Assembly (NCBI GenBank): GCA_002687935.1
Contig: NZBN01000007.1
Span: 37,030-101,029, forward strand
Direction of reading: 5' to 3'
DNA: 64,000 nucleotides
Source of the DNA: Methanobacteriota archaeon
GTDB lineage: Archaea; Undinarchaeota; Undinarchaeia; Undinarchaeales; Undinarchaeaceae
Part shown: positions 8,271-16,852 of the stretch, piece after piece
Numbering within the stretch: position 1 is the first letter of the stretch
How the letters are laid out: every line of letters starts with the position of its first letter
Program-made: the position numbers and the translations under genes
Notes under the pieces: model-generated
The model's input: the letters and a program-made list of their open reading frames with translations, nothing else
The model's database searches: none
What the model was told of the DNA's origin: nothing

Positions 8271-9360
8271 TCATTAACTCCACAAATTTGTCAAATAAAT
8301 ATTCATTATCTTGTGGTCCTGGACATCCTTCTGGATGGTATTGAACTGAAAATATCGGAAGTTCTTTGTGGCGCATTCCTTCAACAGAGCTGTCATTAAG
8401 ATTTATATGACTTACTTCAAATCCACTACCCTCTATGCTTTTTGCATCCAGGGAGTATCCATGGTTTTGTGTTGTTATGTAAATTTTTCCACTTTCCAAA
8501 TCCTTAACTCCGTGATTTACTCCACGGTGTCCGAATTTAAGCTTGTAAGTCTTTGCCCCAGCAGCCAGCCCTATAATCTGATGACCGAGGCAAATCCCAA
8601 AAAGTGGGACTTCACCAAAGAGGTTCTTTACAGTATCAATTAAATAGGGAACCATTTCCGGGTCTCCTGGTCCACTTGAAACTATTACTCCGTCTGCTCC
8701 TTTCAGAATTTCTTCAGCACTTGTCGTCGGTGGAACAACACGGACGCTGACCCCTCGCTTGAGAAGACATCTGACCATATTTTGCTTTGCTCCACAATCT
8801 ACAAGTGTGACATTAAAATTTCCATCAACTTTGTATATTTCATCTTTCTTCCTTGAAACTTCTGGCAAAAGGTCTTCACTGTCAGGATAAGGTGTTTTTC
8901 TGAGTTCTTCTGCCACTTTTTCAGTATCGACCCCTTCCTTGCAAATTTTCCCCCGCATCGTTCCGTGCTCTCTCAACTTTCTGGTCAGAGCTCTGGTGTC
9001 TATTCCACTCACTCCGGGGATTTTATATTCTTTAAGAAACTCTCCAAGAGTTTTTTTTGACCTATGGTTTGAGGGCAGTTCACAGGAACTTGAAACAAGA
9101 AGTCCTCGTACTTGTATTTCCTTGGATTCAAAATCTTCACTAGTTATCCCATAATTTCCTGCAAGCGGATAAGTCATAGTAAGTATTTGCCCTCTGTATG
9201 ATGGGTCAGTAAGAGCTTCCTGATATCCGGTCATTCCAGTGCTAAACACAACTTCTCCAAAAACTTCAGAATCTTCTCCGAAAAACTCCCCTCTAAAAAC
9301 AAGTCCGTCCTCAAGTACAAGTAGTGCCTTTTCTCCCACAGTTTCCACTCTACCTAGCAA
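8254..9360 (-). CDS. carA: carbamoyl-phosphate synthase small subunit
   Basis: GEVVFSTGMTGYQEALTDPSY, GICLGHQ (catalytic Cys), QYHPE. Confidence 0.97.
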   Translation of the reverse strand: MLGRVETVGEKALLVLEDGLVFRGEFFGEDSEVFGEVVFSTGMTGYQEALTDPSYRGQILTMTYPLAGNYGITSEDFESKEIQVRGLLVSSSCELPSNHRSKKTLGEFLKEYKIPGVSGIDTRALTRKLREHGTMRGKICKEGVDTEKVAEELRKTPYPDSEDLLPEVSRKKDEIYKVDGNFNVTLVDCGAKQNMVRCLLKRGVSVRVVPPTTSAEEILKGADGVIVSSGPGDPEMVPYLIDTVKNLFGEVPLFGICLGHQIIGLAAGAKTYKLKFGHRGVNHGVKDLESGKIYITTQNHGYSLDAKSIEGSGFEVSHINLNDSSVEGMRHKELPIFSVQYHPEGCPGPQDNEYLFDKFVELMNAKKK

Positions 9361-9459
9361 TTACTAAATCCGCTAATTCTTTGAAGATTAAATAATTATC
9401 TACCTAACATTAAAACTATTTTAGAAAGCTTTATAGCATTTGCAATACGGTAATTAAAG

Positions 9460-10683
9460 ATGAAAGGAGTAATTCTGGCCGCAGGTGTTGGAACACGTCT
9501 TGCCCCAATAACTAACACAAGGTCAAAGCCAGCAGTTCCTGTGGCTAACAAGCCTCTTATAGAGCACATAATCGGCTCACTCAAGGGAGCAGGAATCGTG
9601 GACATAGTAATAATTGTTAATACTTCAGGGGAGCTCGAAAAGCTCCTAGGAGACGGTTCTCGCCTTGGAGTTAAATTACAGTATGCAGTTCAGGAAGAAC
9701 AACTTGGAACGGCTCATGCAATTTCACTCGTCAAAGAGATGGTTACTGAGCCTTTCATACTTGTTAACGGAGATAATCTTGTCCCTCTCTCAGTTGTTAA
9801 TGAACTCGTGGAAAAATTCAACGGAACTGCAACCATAACTCTTCTTAAAGCTGATGACCTTTCAGCTCTCAGTACCTGCGAGCTCGATGGAAATAAGGTT
9901 CTAAAAATTGTAGAGAAGCCAAAACCCGGAGAGGAGCTAAGTCCATACGCATCTATAGGAACCTACGCATTTTCTCCAGAACTCTTTGATTATATAGACA
10001 AAGTTGAAAAATCTCCCCGTGGTGAATATGAGCTTCCAAGCGCGATGGATTTAATGCTTCAGGCTGGCAAGGAAATGACTTGGGTTGAAACAGGCCAGTT
10101 CCAGCACCTTAGCTATCCTTGGGATATGCTCAGCGAAACAGTAGTCTTTCTGGATGAGATGGAAGAGTCAAGAGAAGGAACAGTTGAGGATGGCGCAGTT
10201 CTGAAGGGGAAGGTCTCTATTGGAAAAGGAACAGTAATAAAGTCCGGAGCATACATTGAGGGTCCAGTTCTAATTGGGGAGGATTGTACAATAGGTCCGA
10301 ATTGCTTCATCAGAGCCTACACAACACTTGGAAACAAGTGCAGAGTAGGAAATGCTGTTGAGATAAAAAACTCAGTAATTTTTGATGGTACAAATATTCC
10401 ACATCTTTCTTATATTGGGGATTCAGTAATCGGCGAAAATGTAAACTTCGGTGCAGGCACAGTTCTTGCAAATTTCCGTCTTGACAAACAAAACATAAAG
10501 ATGGAGGTCAAAGGAAAGCTTGTCGATACTGAAAGGAAAAAACTCGGAGCAATAGTCGGAGATAACACAAAATTCGGTTCAAATGTTGTTGTCAATCCTG
10601 GAAGAAAGATAGGAGCAAATTGCAATATCTGGCCCGGAACTGTGGTGATAAAGGACTTAGATGACGGAGAAGAGCATAAGTGA
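9460..10683 (+). CDS. bifunctional sugar-1-phosphate nucleotidyltransferase/acetyltransferase (archaeal GlmU-like)
   Basis: GVILAAGVGTRLAPIT...KP nucleotidyltransferase motif plus C-terminal hexapeptide (LbH) repeats. Confidence 0.88.
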   Translation: MKGVILAAGVGTRLAPITNTRSKPAVPVANKPLIEHIIGSLKGAGIVDIVIIVNTSGELEKLLGDGSRLGVKLQYAVQEEQLGTAHAISLVKEMVTEPFILVNGDNLVPLSVVNELVEKFNGTATITLLKADDLSALSTCELDGNKVLKIVEKPKPGEELSPYASIGTYAFSPELFDYIDKVEKSPRGEYELPSAMDLMLQAGKEMTWVETGQFQHLSYPWDMLSETVVFLDEMEESREGTVEDGAVLKGKVSIGKGTVIKSGAYIEGPVLIGEDCTIGPNCFIRAYTTLGNKCRVGNAVEIKNSVIFDGTNIPHLSYIGDSVIGENVNFGAGTVLANFRLDKQNIKMEVKGKLVDTERKKLGAIVGDNTKFGSNVVVNPGRKIGANCNIWPGTVVIKDLDDGEEHK

Positions 10684-11260
10684 AATGACTGGAAAATTCA
10701 TAGTTTTCGAAGGAATTGATGGAAGTGGAAAATCCACACATGCAAAAATTCTTTCAGAGTGGCTAAATTCCAATGGAATCAAAACTCTGCACACAAAAGA
10801 ACCAAGCCAAGGCAAAATAGGAATACTTCTTAGGGACTATCTTAAAGTCAAGACATCAAGTGGACGAGTTGATGCACTTCTTTTTACAGCAGACAGAGCT
10901 GAACATCTTGAACAGGATATACTTCCGGCTATGAAAAGGGGAGAAGTCGTAGTATGTGAACGCTACAAATACTCAACAATAGCCTATCAAACAACCCAAG
11001 GAGAAGATACGGACTGGCTTATCGGTCTTAATGAGTTTGCAAGGGAGCCCGATCTTGTAATTCTTATGGATTTAGAACCGTCTGTCGCATTAAAACGTTC
11101 TGAAGAAGGAGAGAAATTCGAGGCTCTTGGATTCCTCACAAAAACCAGAAAAAATTATATGAAATTTTCAGACCACTTTACAATAGTTGACGCCAGCAAA
11201 AGCAAGGATGAAGTACAGGAAGAGCTTCGTAGAATTGTCGGAGACTTCCTCAATTTATAA
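10661..11260 (+). CDS. tmk: thymidylate kinase
   Basis: FIVFEGIDGSGKST P-loop, LLFTADR, CERY..STIAYQ. Confidence 0.95.
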   Translation: MTEKSISEMTGKFIVFEGIDGSGKSTHAKILSEWLNSNGIKTLHTKEPSQGKIGILLRDYLKVKTSSGRVDALLFTADRAEHLEQDILPAMKRGEVVVCERYKYSTIAYQTTQGEDTDWLIGLNEFAREPDLVILMDLEPSVALKRSEEGEKFEALGFLTKTRKNYMKFSDHFTIVDASKSKDEVQEELRRIVGDFLNL

Positions 11261-11272
11261 TAAAAAATTCAA

Positions 11273-11346
11273 TGGGGTCGAGGAGATTTGAACTCCTGAT
11301 CTCCTGCTCCCAAAGCAGGCATCATACCAAGCTAGACCACGACCCC
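11273..11346 (-). tRNA. tRNA-Pro(TGG)
   Basis: GGGGTCG/CGACCCC acceptor stem, anticodon arm CCTGC-TTTGGGA-GCAGG. Confidence 0.95.
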
Positions 11347-11444
11347 GTGTCTTAAACAAATAGACCTAGCTTAAGTTATATTTTAAACCTTTCATATAAA
11401 AAATTAAGAGAGGCAGCGCAAAAAACACGCCGCCTCATGACAAA

Positions 11445-11672
11445 TCAGAGCCCTATCATTGTTGTTGTCACCATTATGTTTGGAATATTTCGGATTCTCC
11501 GCACCAAAAATTCATTCAGGCTATCAAGGCTACACGATTCTGCCTTTATGAAGACATCATAGTCCCCATAGACATTATGTACTTCCTTGATTTCCCCTAT
11601 CTCTCTCAGGTCGTTTAAGACTTCTCTTTCCTTTCCTGTTTTTGTTGTTGCCAGGATAAACGCTGTTACCAT
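11445..11672 (-). CDS. stand-alone Lrp/AsnC ligand-binding (RAM) domain protein
   Basis: AFILATT..G.E..V...L, EVHNVYGDYDVFIK and TTTMI pattern, 75 aa. Confidence 0.85.
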   Translation of the reverse strand: MVTAFILATTKTGKEREVLNDLREIGEIKEVHNVYGDYDVFIKAESCSLDSLNEFLVRRIRNIPNIMVTTTMIGL

Positions 11673-11721
11673 TGGGCATCACCACCAATGTTGGTTAGGC
11701 TGTGTACCTATATATCCCTTG

Positions 11722-11736
11722 CCACAATTTTTGTGG
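11722..11736. promoter_or_regulatory. inverted repeat CCACAA-TTT-TTGTGG, candidate Lrp-family operator
   Basis: Perfect 6-3-6 palindrome with AT-rich centre between two divergent Lrp-family genes. Confidence 0.4.
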
Positions 11737-11815
11737 ACAAATTGCTAAAAAACGATGAAAAATTAATCAAAAAGCTTATTAATACTCCCTTCATATGGTC
11801 ATTTGTGCAGCTACT

Positions 11816-12289
11816 ATGACTAAGCTTGACGATAAAGATAAAAAAATACTACATGAACTTCAGGAGAACTGCAGGCAGTCCTCTCGTGACCTTTCTAAGA
11901 AATTAGACTTACCTGCTTCTACTATCCATCAGAGAATCAAGAAGCTTGAGAAGGCAGGAATCATTTCCGGTTATACAGCAATTGTAGATCCTGAAAAAGT
12001 CGGCTATAATTCTTCTGCAATAATATTCATAGAATTCAGTTATCATGATGCAAAGAAAAATAACATGTCCCAGGAAACCATTGTGGAAAAAATTTCAAAA
12101 CTTCCTAATGTTCAAGAGGCTCATATGGTCACAGGTTTCGAGGATATTGTAATCAAAGTTGTTGGTAAAACTGACAGGGATATAGGAGCTTTTGTAATAA
12201 AGACACTTAGAGAAATTCCTGGAATACTCAAAACGAAAACCGGAATAATACTTGCAAGCAGTAAGGATTCCAGAAGGATTTCCCTCTAA
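11816..12289 (+). CDS. Lrp/AsnC family transcriptional regulator
   Basis: LDDKDKKILHELQENCR...RIKKLEKAGIISGY HTH and EAHMVTG.EDIVIKV RAM domain. Confidence 0.92.
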   Translation: MTKLDDKDKKILHELQENCRQSSRDLSKKLDLPASTIHQRIKKLEKAGIISGYTAIVDPEKVGYNSSAIIFIEFSYHDAKKNNMSQETIVEKISKLPNVQEAHMVTGFEDIVIKVVGKTDRDIGAFVIKTLREIPGILKTKTGIILASSKDSRRISL

Positions 12290-12297
12290 ATTAATTT

Positions 12298-12468
12298 TTA
12301 CAGAAGTGCTCTTCCATAAAGGTGTAGAATAAGTTCCAGAATTACAATTAGCCCTGACGCCACTATTACGTGCTCAGGCTTAAACTTAAGACCAGTTCCT
12401 TCTTCATCGGAAACACGGAAGATTCCGCCTCCGCTTCCTGGCATGTTTACCTTTGTCTTCTTTGCCAT
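12298..12468 (-). CDS. secG: preprotein translocase subunit SecG/Sec61-beta
   Basis: Manual translation MAKKTKVNMPGSGGGIFRVSDEEGTGLKFKPEHVIVASGLIVILELILHLYGRALL*. P.SGGG..R..(D/E)E...K..PE.V followed by one TM is the Sec61-beta pattern. Below the ORF-track cutoff. Confidence 0.88.
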   Translation of the reverse strand: MAKKTKVNMPGSGGGIFRVSDEEGTGLKFKPEHVIVASGLIVILELILHLYGRALL

Positions 12469-12550
12469 GCGATATCAGTGGTCTGCATTCTTTTTAAAGC
12501 TTTTTAGGAAAGGCTTATATGTTTCCAGAGCTTTCTCATCCTACAAAACA

Positions 12551-13822
12551 ATGGACGCGTCAATAAACCCTTTTGAAAACGCATTAAAACAGCTGGAGAA
12601 TGCACAAAAGACAGAGCCGATTGATGAGGACATCTATCAACTTCTTAGACATCCTCAACGAATCATAGAGCTTTCCATCCCTGTAAAGATGGACTCAGGA
12701 GAATTAAAATTTTTCACAGGCTACAGAGTTCAATATAATGATGCCCCTGGTCCAACAAAAGGTGGTATAAGATATCACCCTCATGTTACTCTCGACGAAG
12801 TAATGGCCCTCGCTGCCTGGATGACCTGGAAATGCTCAGTTGCAGGTCTTCCTTATGGTGGTGCGAAAGGCGGAGTTATTTGCAATCCAAAAGAAATGTC
12901 TGAAGGAGAAATTGAAAGACTCAGCCGGGGTTACGCAAGGGCTCTAGCAAATTGCATAGGTCCTGAAGTTGACATACCTGCTCCTGATGTTTACACAAAT
13001 CCTCAGATAATGGCCTGGATGTCTGATGAATATAACAAAGCTGTTGGAAAGGAACTTCCTGCCACATTCACAGGAAAGCCTATTGAAAACGGTGGTTCAG
13101 AAGGCAGAGGAATCTCAACTGGTGTCGGCGGAACATTCATTGTCAGGGAAGTTGCAAAAAAACTTGGTCTCAAAGCTGAAGAAACAAGCGTTGCTGTTCA
13201 GGGCTATGGAAATGCCGGTTCTATAGTGGCTCAAAAACTTGATGAAATGGGCTACAAAATCGTAGCTGTCAGCGATTCTAAAGGGGGAATATATTCTGAG
13301 CATGGCTTTGACCCACATAAAATTCTGTCCTGCAAAAGCGAGGTCGGTACAGTCGGAGAATGCGGTCATATAGGGGTTCTTGCAGAAGGAGGAGATTTCC
13401 AGAAAATAACTAATGAGGAGCTTCTTGAGCTTGATGTCGACATACTTATTCCTGCCGCACTTGAAAATCAAATAACTGTTGAAAATGCAGACAAGATTAA
13501 AGCAAAGGCAGTTGTTGAACTTGCAAATGGTCCGACAACACCTGCTGCTGATGAGATTTTGTTTGAGAAGGGAATAATTGTAGTTCCTGATATACTTGCG
13601 AATGCAGGCGGAGTTTCCGTAAGCTACTATGAGTGGTATCAGAATATGAATGATGCGCACTGGACTGAGGAAGAAGTATTTGAGAAGCTTGACACCTTAT
13701 TGACTAAGGCATTCGCTGATGTTTCAGAAAAATCAGATAATAATAAAACAGATATGCGAACTGCAGCTTTCATACTCGCAGTTCACAAGGTAGCAGAAAA
13801 AGTAAAAGAAAGAGGCTACTAG
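12551..13822 (+). CDS. gdhA: Glu/Leu/Phe/Val dehydrogenase (glutamate dehydrogenase)
   Basis: GPTKGGIRYHP, LPYGGAKGG, DIPAPDV, VAVQGYGNAG, ELANGP, ANAGGVSVSYYEW. Start reassigned to ATG 12551 because secG occupies the upstream extension. Confidence 0.95.
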   Translation: MDASINPFENALKQLENAQKTEPIDEDIYQLLRHPQRIIELSIPVKMDSGELKFFTGYRVQYNDAPGPTKGGIRYHPHVTLDEVMALAAWMTWKCSVAGLPYGGAKGGVICNPKEMSEGEIERLSRGYARALANCIGPEVDIPAPDVYTNPQIMAWMSDEYNKAVGKELPATFTGKPIENGGSEGRGISTGVGGTFIVREVAKKLGLKAEETSVAVQGYGNAGSIVAQKLDEMGYKIVAVSDSKGGIYSEHGFDPHKILSCKSEVGTVGECGHIGVLAEGGDFQKITNEELLELDVDILIPAALENQITVENADKIKAKAVVELANGPTTPAADEILFEKGIIVVPDILANAGGVSVSYYEWYQNMNDAHWTEEEVFEKLDTLLTKAFADVSEKSDNNKTDMRTAAFILAVHKVAEKVKERGY

Positions 13823-13850
13823 AGCCCCCTCTTTTATTTCAAATTAATTA

Positions 13851-14003
13851 CTAATTTGGTAGGAATCTGCAGACTGTTGTTCCGCATCCGCTTCCACACT
13901 TACCCTTTGCCATTTTTCTGTTGTTTTTTGTGGTTGTAACGTTTGCGTCTGTAATGTCTACTTCCTTTTGGCACTTCATGCACCTTCCTTTGTAGTCAGC
14001 CAT
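13851..14003 (-). CDS. small Cys-rich DUF5679-like putative Zn-binding protein (50 aa)
   Basis: MADYKGRCMKCQKEVDITDANVTTTKNNRKMAKGKCGSGCGTTVCRFLPN*; strong SD (AGGAGGG) upstream. Family assignment from recalled pattern CxKC...KNxR...KGxC..CGT. Confidence 0.75.
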   Translation of the reverse strand: MADYKGRCMKCQKEVDITDANVTTTKNNRKMAKGKCGSGCGTTVCRFLPN

Positions 14004-14280
14004 TTTACCCTCCTTTTAAGCGATATGCTTAAAATTCCATACATTCCTCCGTTTAATAGTGTTTCTATTCGTGAAAATCCTTAAATAGTGGGTTTTTCAT
14101 AGCTATGTTGATTAAAATGATTAGAAGTGAGTGTCTTCATAGTTGAGGAAAACAAAGCTTTTAGTCAGGATTCTAAAAAAATTTCATTTAGAGCTTCAGC
14201 TGTTTTCACAGTCAATAAAACTGGTCCGGATCAAACACGCAAGCGTGTAGGTCCGGTCCAATCTATAATCAATAAAAATG

Positions 14281-14352
14281 GCCCGGATGGGGTAATGGTT
14301 ATCCTTCCAGCTTGTGGAGCTAGAGATCCGAGTTCAATTCTCGGTCCGGGCC
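14281..14352 (+). tRNA. tRNA-His(GTG), with genomic G-1 at 14280
   Basis: GCCCGGA/TCCGGGC acceptor stem, C73, anticodon loop TTGTGGA, T arm CCGAG-TTCAATT-CTCGG. Confidence 0.92.
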
Positions 14353-14373
14353 CTCAGTCTCAAGGTGATTGCT

Positions 14374-15639
14374 ATGGCTTTTGAAAAAGCAAAAGGAACA
14401 CGTGACTTTAGTCCTCAGGAAATGTCTCTGAGAAACTATGTTTTCGACACAATAAGGAGAGTTTACAAGACCTATGGCTATCAGGAACTGGAAACTCCGG
14501 CCTTCGAGCGCTGGGAAACCCTCAATGCAAAGAGTGTCGGCGGAGAGGATGTTTCTAAAGAGATATTCCGCTTTACTGACTACGGTGAGAGGGAGATGGG
14601 TCTCCGCTTTGACTTGACAGTTCCAATGGCACGCTATATTGCCAACAATCCAATGATTCCAAGACCTTTCAAGCGCTTCCAGATAGGGCGCGTATGGCGC
14701 TATGACCAGCCCCAGGCTGGGCGTTACCGAGAGTTCTGGCAGGCAGACGTCGATGTTGTGGGCTCTACGGAGGTTGAGGCAGATCTTGATGCAGTAGGGG
14801 CTGTTGTAGCCTCGCTTAAAGAGCTTGGTTTCAAAGATTTCATAGTTGAAGTAAATAACAGGGCGCTTCTAGAAGAAATTGCAGAGCTTTTCGAAATTCC
14901 ACGAGTTAAGTGCCCTGACTTGTTCAGATGTATAGATAAGCTCGACAAGATAGGGATGGACGCTGTCAAAAAGGAAATAGCGGACAAAGGAATCAAAAAT
15001 GTTGACAAGTTTCTCAACTTTATAGAGACTGCCGGCATGAAGGAGCTTGAAGAAAAACTGCCTGAAAGCGCCGAACTTGCCAAAACAAAGGAGCTTCTGA
15101 AGGCTTCAAAAGCCCTCGGCCTTGGAAAATATCTAAAACTTACTCTGTCTATGGTGCGCGGACTTGCTTACTATACCAGCTTTGTATTCGAGATAAAAGT
15201 TAAAGGGATGGAAAAATACGGAAGCGTTGGTGCTGGAGGTCGCTATGACAACCTCATCGGAGTCTACGGAAAATCTACTATGCCGGCAACAGGCTGTTCC
15301 ATCGGCGTTGAAAGGATAATAGAGATAATGAAAGAGCGAAAAATGGTAGACATCCCGAAAACTGAGACTAAAGTCCTCGTCATTCCAATTGGGAACACTT
15401 TCAAAGATGCCGCAAAAATTGTCCAGCAGCTCAGAGATGCCGGAATTCCATCATCAATAGACTTGATGAAGCGCGGTCCGAGCAAGCTCTTCAATTATGC
15501 AAATTCTCTTGGTATAGCGTTTTCACTTGCGGTAGGTGAGAAAGAAGTAAAATCAAAGAAATACACCTTGAAGAATATGGAAAGTGGTAAGCAGGAAGAG
15601 CTCGGTATTGAGAAAATAATCAATAAATTATCAAACTAA
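14374..15639 (+). CDS. hisS: histidyl-tRNA synthetase
   Basis: KGTRDF, LRFDLTVP.AR, WRYDQPQAGRYREFWQ.D.D, RGLAYYT, AGGRYDNL. SD AAGGTGA precedes ATG 14374. Confidence 0.97.
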   Translation: MAFEKAKGTRDFSPQEMSLRNYVFDTIRRVYKTYGYQELETPAFERWETLNAKSVGGEDVSKEIFRFTDYGEREMGLRFDLTVPMARYIANNPMIPRPFKRFQIGRVWRYDQPQAGRYREFWQADVDVVGSTEVEADLDAVGAVVASLKELGFKDFIVEVNNRALLEEIAELFEIPRVKCPDLFRCIDKLDKIGMDAVKKEIADKGIKNVDKFLNFIETAGMKELEEKLPESAELAKTKELLKASKALGLGKYLKLTLSMVRGLAYYTSFVFEIKVKGMEKYGSVGAGGRYDNLIGVYGKSTMPATGCSIGVERIIEIMKERKMVDIPKTETKVLVIPIGNTFKDAAKIVQQLRDAGIPSSIDLMKRGPSKLFNYANSLGIAFSLAVGEKEVKSKKYTLKNMESGKQEELGIEKIINKLSN

Positions 15640-15684
15640 TCCTTTTTCCAACAAGCTTAATAATATCTAAACAGTACTCTTTGT

Positions 15685-16164
15685 ATGACTAATAGAAAAG
15701 CCTATGACGAACTAAGTCAGGATAATAAGGAAAAGCTAGTTTGCGCACTTTTCGCGGCAAAATATCCGGGACTCAGTTCTGACTGCGGAGTCAATGTAGA
15801 CGCTGCAGCCTACTCTTTAAGAGCTGCCTGCGTTCTCATCGCAGAAGAAGAAGATGAACTTGTGAAAAAAATAATTGTTCTCTTAGAAGAGCACAACGAC
15901 TTCATAGAGTCTCTTGCTTCTGAAATCCTCACTCAATATGTTTCCGACCTAAACAAAAGTGATGAATTTGATGAAGACAGAGATGAACTAGTTTTGATAA
16001 CCGGTAGAAAATGGGAGTCCTCCTCATTTTCAGATGAGGGCAAGAAAGTTCTCACCGTTCTTGATGTGGATTCACTTCTAGCTGGTATTGAAAAACACTC
16101 ATCAAAAGACACAAAACAAGCAAAGCATTTGAGAAACCTCGCAAAAACCTTCAACATAATTTAA
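15685..16164 (+). CDS. hypothetical acidic protein
   Basis: 159 aa ORF filling the gap, with upstream AT-rich promoter-like sequence; no motif recognised. Confidence 0.6.
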   Translation: MTNRKAYDELSQDNKEKLVCALFAAKYPGLSSDCGVNVDAAAYSLRAACVLIAEEEDELVKKIIVLLEEHNDFIESLASEILTQYVSDLNKSDEFDEDRDELVLITGRKWESSSFSDEGKKVLTVLDVDSLLAGIEKHSSKDTKQAKHLRNLAKTFNII

Positions 16165-16166
16165 TT

Positions 16167-16529
16167 TTACTCGAAAAGACTTAATCCTAGTTTATTTCCC
16201 ATTTTCTTAGCGGTCGCGTCATCTGGTCTTAGTTTCCCATTCTCTATCATTTTCAGCTCTGAAAGCTTAACTCCGAGAAAAACTCCGAATTCTTTTTGAG
16301 TCATCTCAAGTTTCTGCCTTTGCTGTGAAATTATTTTTCCAAAATCATCAACAAGAAGTGTCTCATCTGGCATTTTATAATTAGATTGTCCGATTTTGGA
16401 AGCTGCTACATTTTTCGTAAAAATTTCTTTTCCGTAGCGTGTGCAGTGTTCGCAGACAGAAACAGTTGAGCCTCCGACATTTACTTTTCTTTCTGAGTCC
16501 AGCACCAGTCCGCACAGCTCGCACTCCAT
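16167..16529 (-). CDS. mbf1: archaeal multiprotein bridging factor 1 (Zn-ribbon + HTH)
   Basis: MECELCG...VCEHCTRYG Zn ribbon followed by Cro-type HTH (IENGKLRPD). Confidence 0.88.
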   Translation of the reverse strand: MECELCGLVLDSERKVNVGGSTVSVCEHCTRYGKEIFTKNVAASKIGQSNYKMPDETLLVDDFGKIISQQRQKLEMTQKEFGVFLGVKLSELKMIENGKLRPDDATAKKMGNKLGLSLFE

Positions 16530-16570
16530 ATATAGTAACTATATTAAGCAAGATTTAATACTTTCTTTTT

Positions 16571-16852
16571 ATGGCAGAAGTTCATTTTCTAAATGACAAG
16601 AAAAAAGTGAAAGCAAAAGACGGAGATTCTTTGAAAGCTCTTGCCAGAGAGATAGATAGTTCTCTCCCATTCGGATGCAGAAATGGTCTTTGCGGAACTT
16701 GTCTTGTTACTGTTGAAGAAGGCGAAGAAAACCTTAGTCCGATAGCTCCACACGAGAGCCGGACTCTCGCCACATGTGGTTCAAAAGAGAAGCAAAGGCT
16801 TGCCTGCCAGTGTAGAATTCAAAAAGGCAAGGTAAAAATTAAATGGGAATGA
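16571..16852 (+). CDS. [2Fe-2S] ferredoxin
   Basis: PFGCRNGLCGTC...RLACQC. Confidence 0.92.
   Translation: MAEVHFLNDKKKVKAKDGDSLKALAREIDSSLPFGCRNGLCGTCLVTVEEGEENLSPIAPHESRTLATCGSKEKQRLACQCRIQKGKVKIKWE

Noticed and set aside
12443-12550. 36-aa N-terminal extension of GDH
   Set aside because: It overlaps secG on the opposite strand and has no GDH similarity
12736-12765. GDH motif DAPGP instead of the usual ARGP/ALGP
   Set aside because: Single substitution at a variable position; catalytic Lys motifs are intact
14127-14384. 85-aa ORF and the 14314 extension of hisS
   Set aside because: Both overlap tRNA-His and a structured hairpin; hisS has a good SD at 14362-14368
15685-16164. Possible Mrr-like restriction endonuclease fold in the C-terminal half
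   Set aside because: Only vague resemblance; no convincing PD-(D/E)xK or QxK catalytic motif
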